Source: Octopus vulgaris (Eukaryota). Taken from it: a DNA stretch of 64,000 bases. Position numbers and translations under genes: made by a program. The notes under the pieces were generated by a model. It did not search any database. It was not told the DNA's origin and was given only the letters and a program-made list of their open reading frames with translations. The stretch covers positions 22,568,001 to 22,632,000 of the forward strand of contig OX597837.1 of the NCBI GenBank assembly GCA_951406725.2, read 5' to 3'. This document shows, piece by piece, positions 63,968 through 64,000 of this stretch. Position 1 is the stretch's first letter; each line of letters begins with the position of its first letter.

Positions 63968-64000
63968 CCCTTTCGATACCAACCCGGCTGAAACCGGCTC
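63968..64000. mobile_element. Start of a piggyBac-type MITE, cut by the window edge
   Basis: TTAA-CCCTTTCGATACCAACC, reverse complement of the right end of 3228-3698. Confidence 0.7.

Overview
AT-rich, repeat-dense eukaryotic genomic DNA. The repeat families suggest an octopus/coleoid cephalopod (inference from recalled families, not a database result). Two spliced protein-coding genes lie on the minus strand, and every exon junction I assembled is phase-compatible with GT-AG boundaries. (1) A complete six-exon SULT-family sulfotransferase (19806->1290, 427 aa) with an unusual N-terminal extension resembling a mitochondrial presequence followed by a transmembrane helix. (2) A ZXD-family (ZXDC-like) ten-finger C2H2 transcription factor, of which 12 exons are visible (55343->31776); its first coding exon(s) were not found and probably lie beyond the window. 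Introns and the intergenic space hold tRNA-derived SINEs (including head-to-tail arrays), RTE- and CR1/L2-type LINE fragments, TTAA (piggyBac-type), hAT-like and Tigger-like MITEs, Helitron pieces and microsatellites. Best leads: a variant minimal hammerhead-ribozyme fold at the centre of a ~265-bp palindrome (39582-39846) and a second degenerate hammerhead (38283-38333); the targeting-signal-bearing sulfotransferase; a 77/78-nt identical inverted repeat bracketing one zinc-finger exon; a composite MITE pair carrying passenger DNA; and a PHD-like finger inside a LINE reverse transcriptase. Most ORFs in the supplied track are repeat or microsatellite artefacts.
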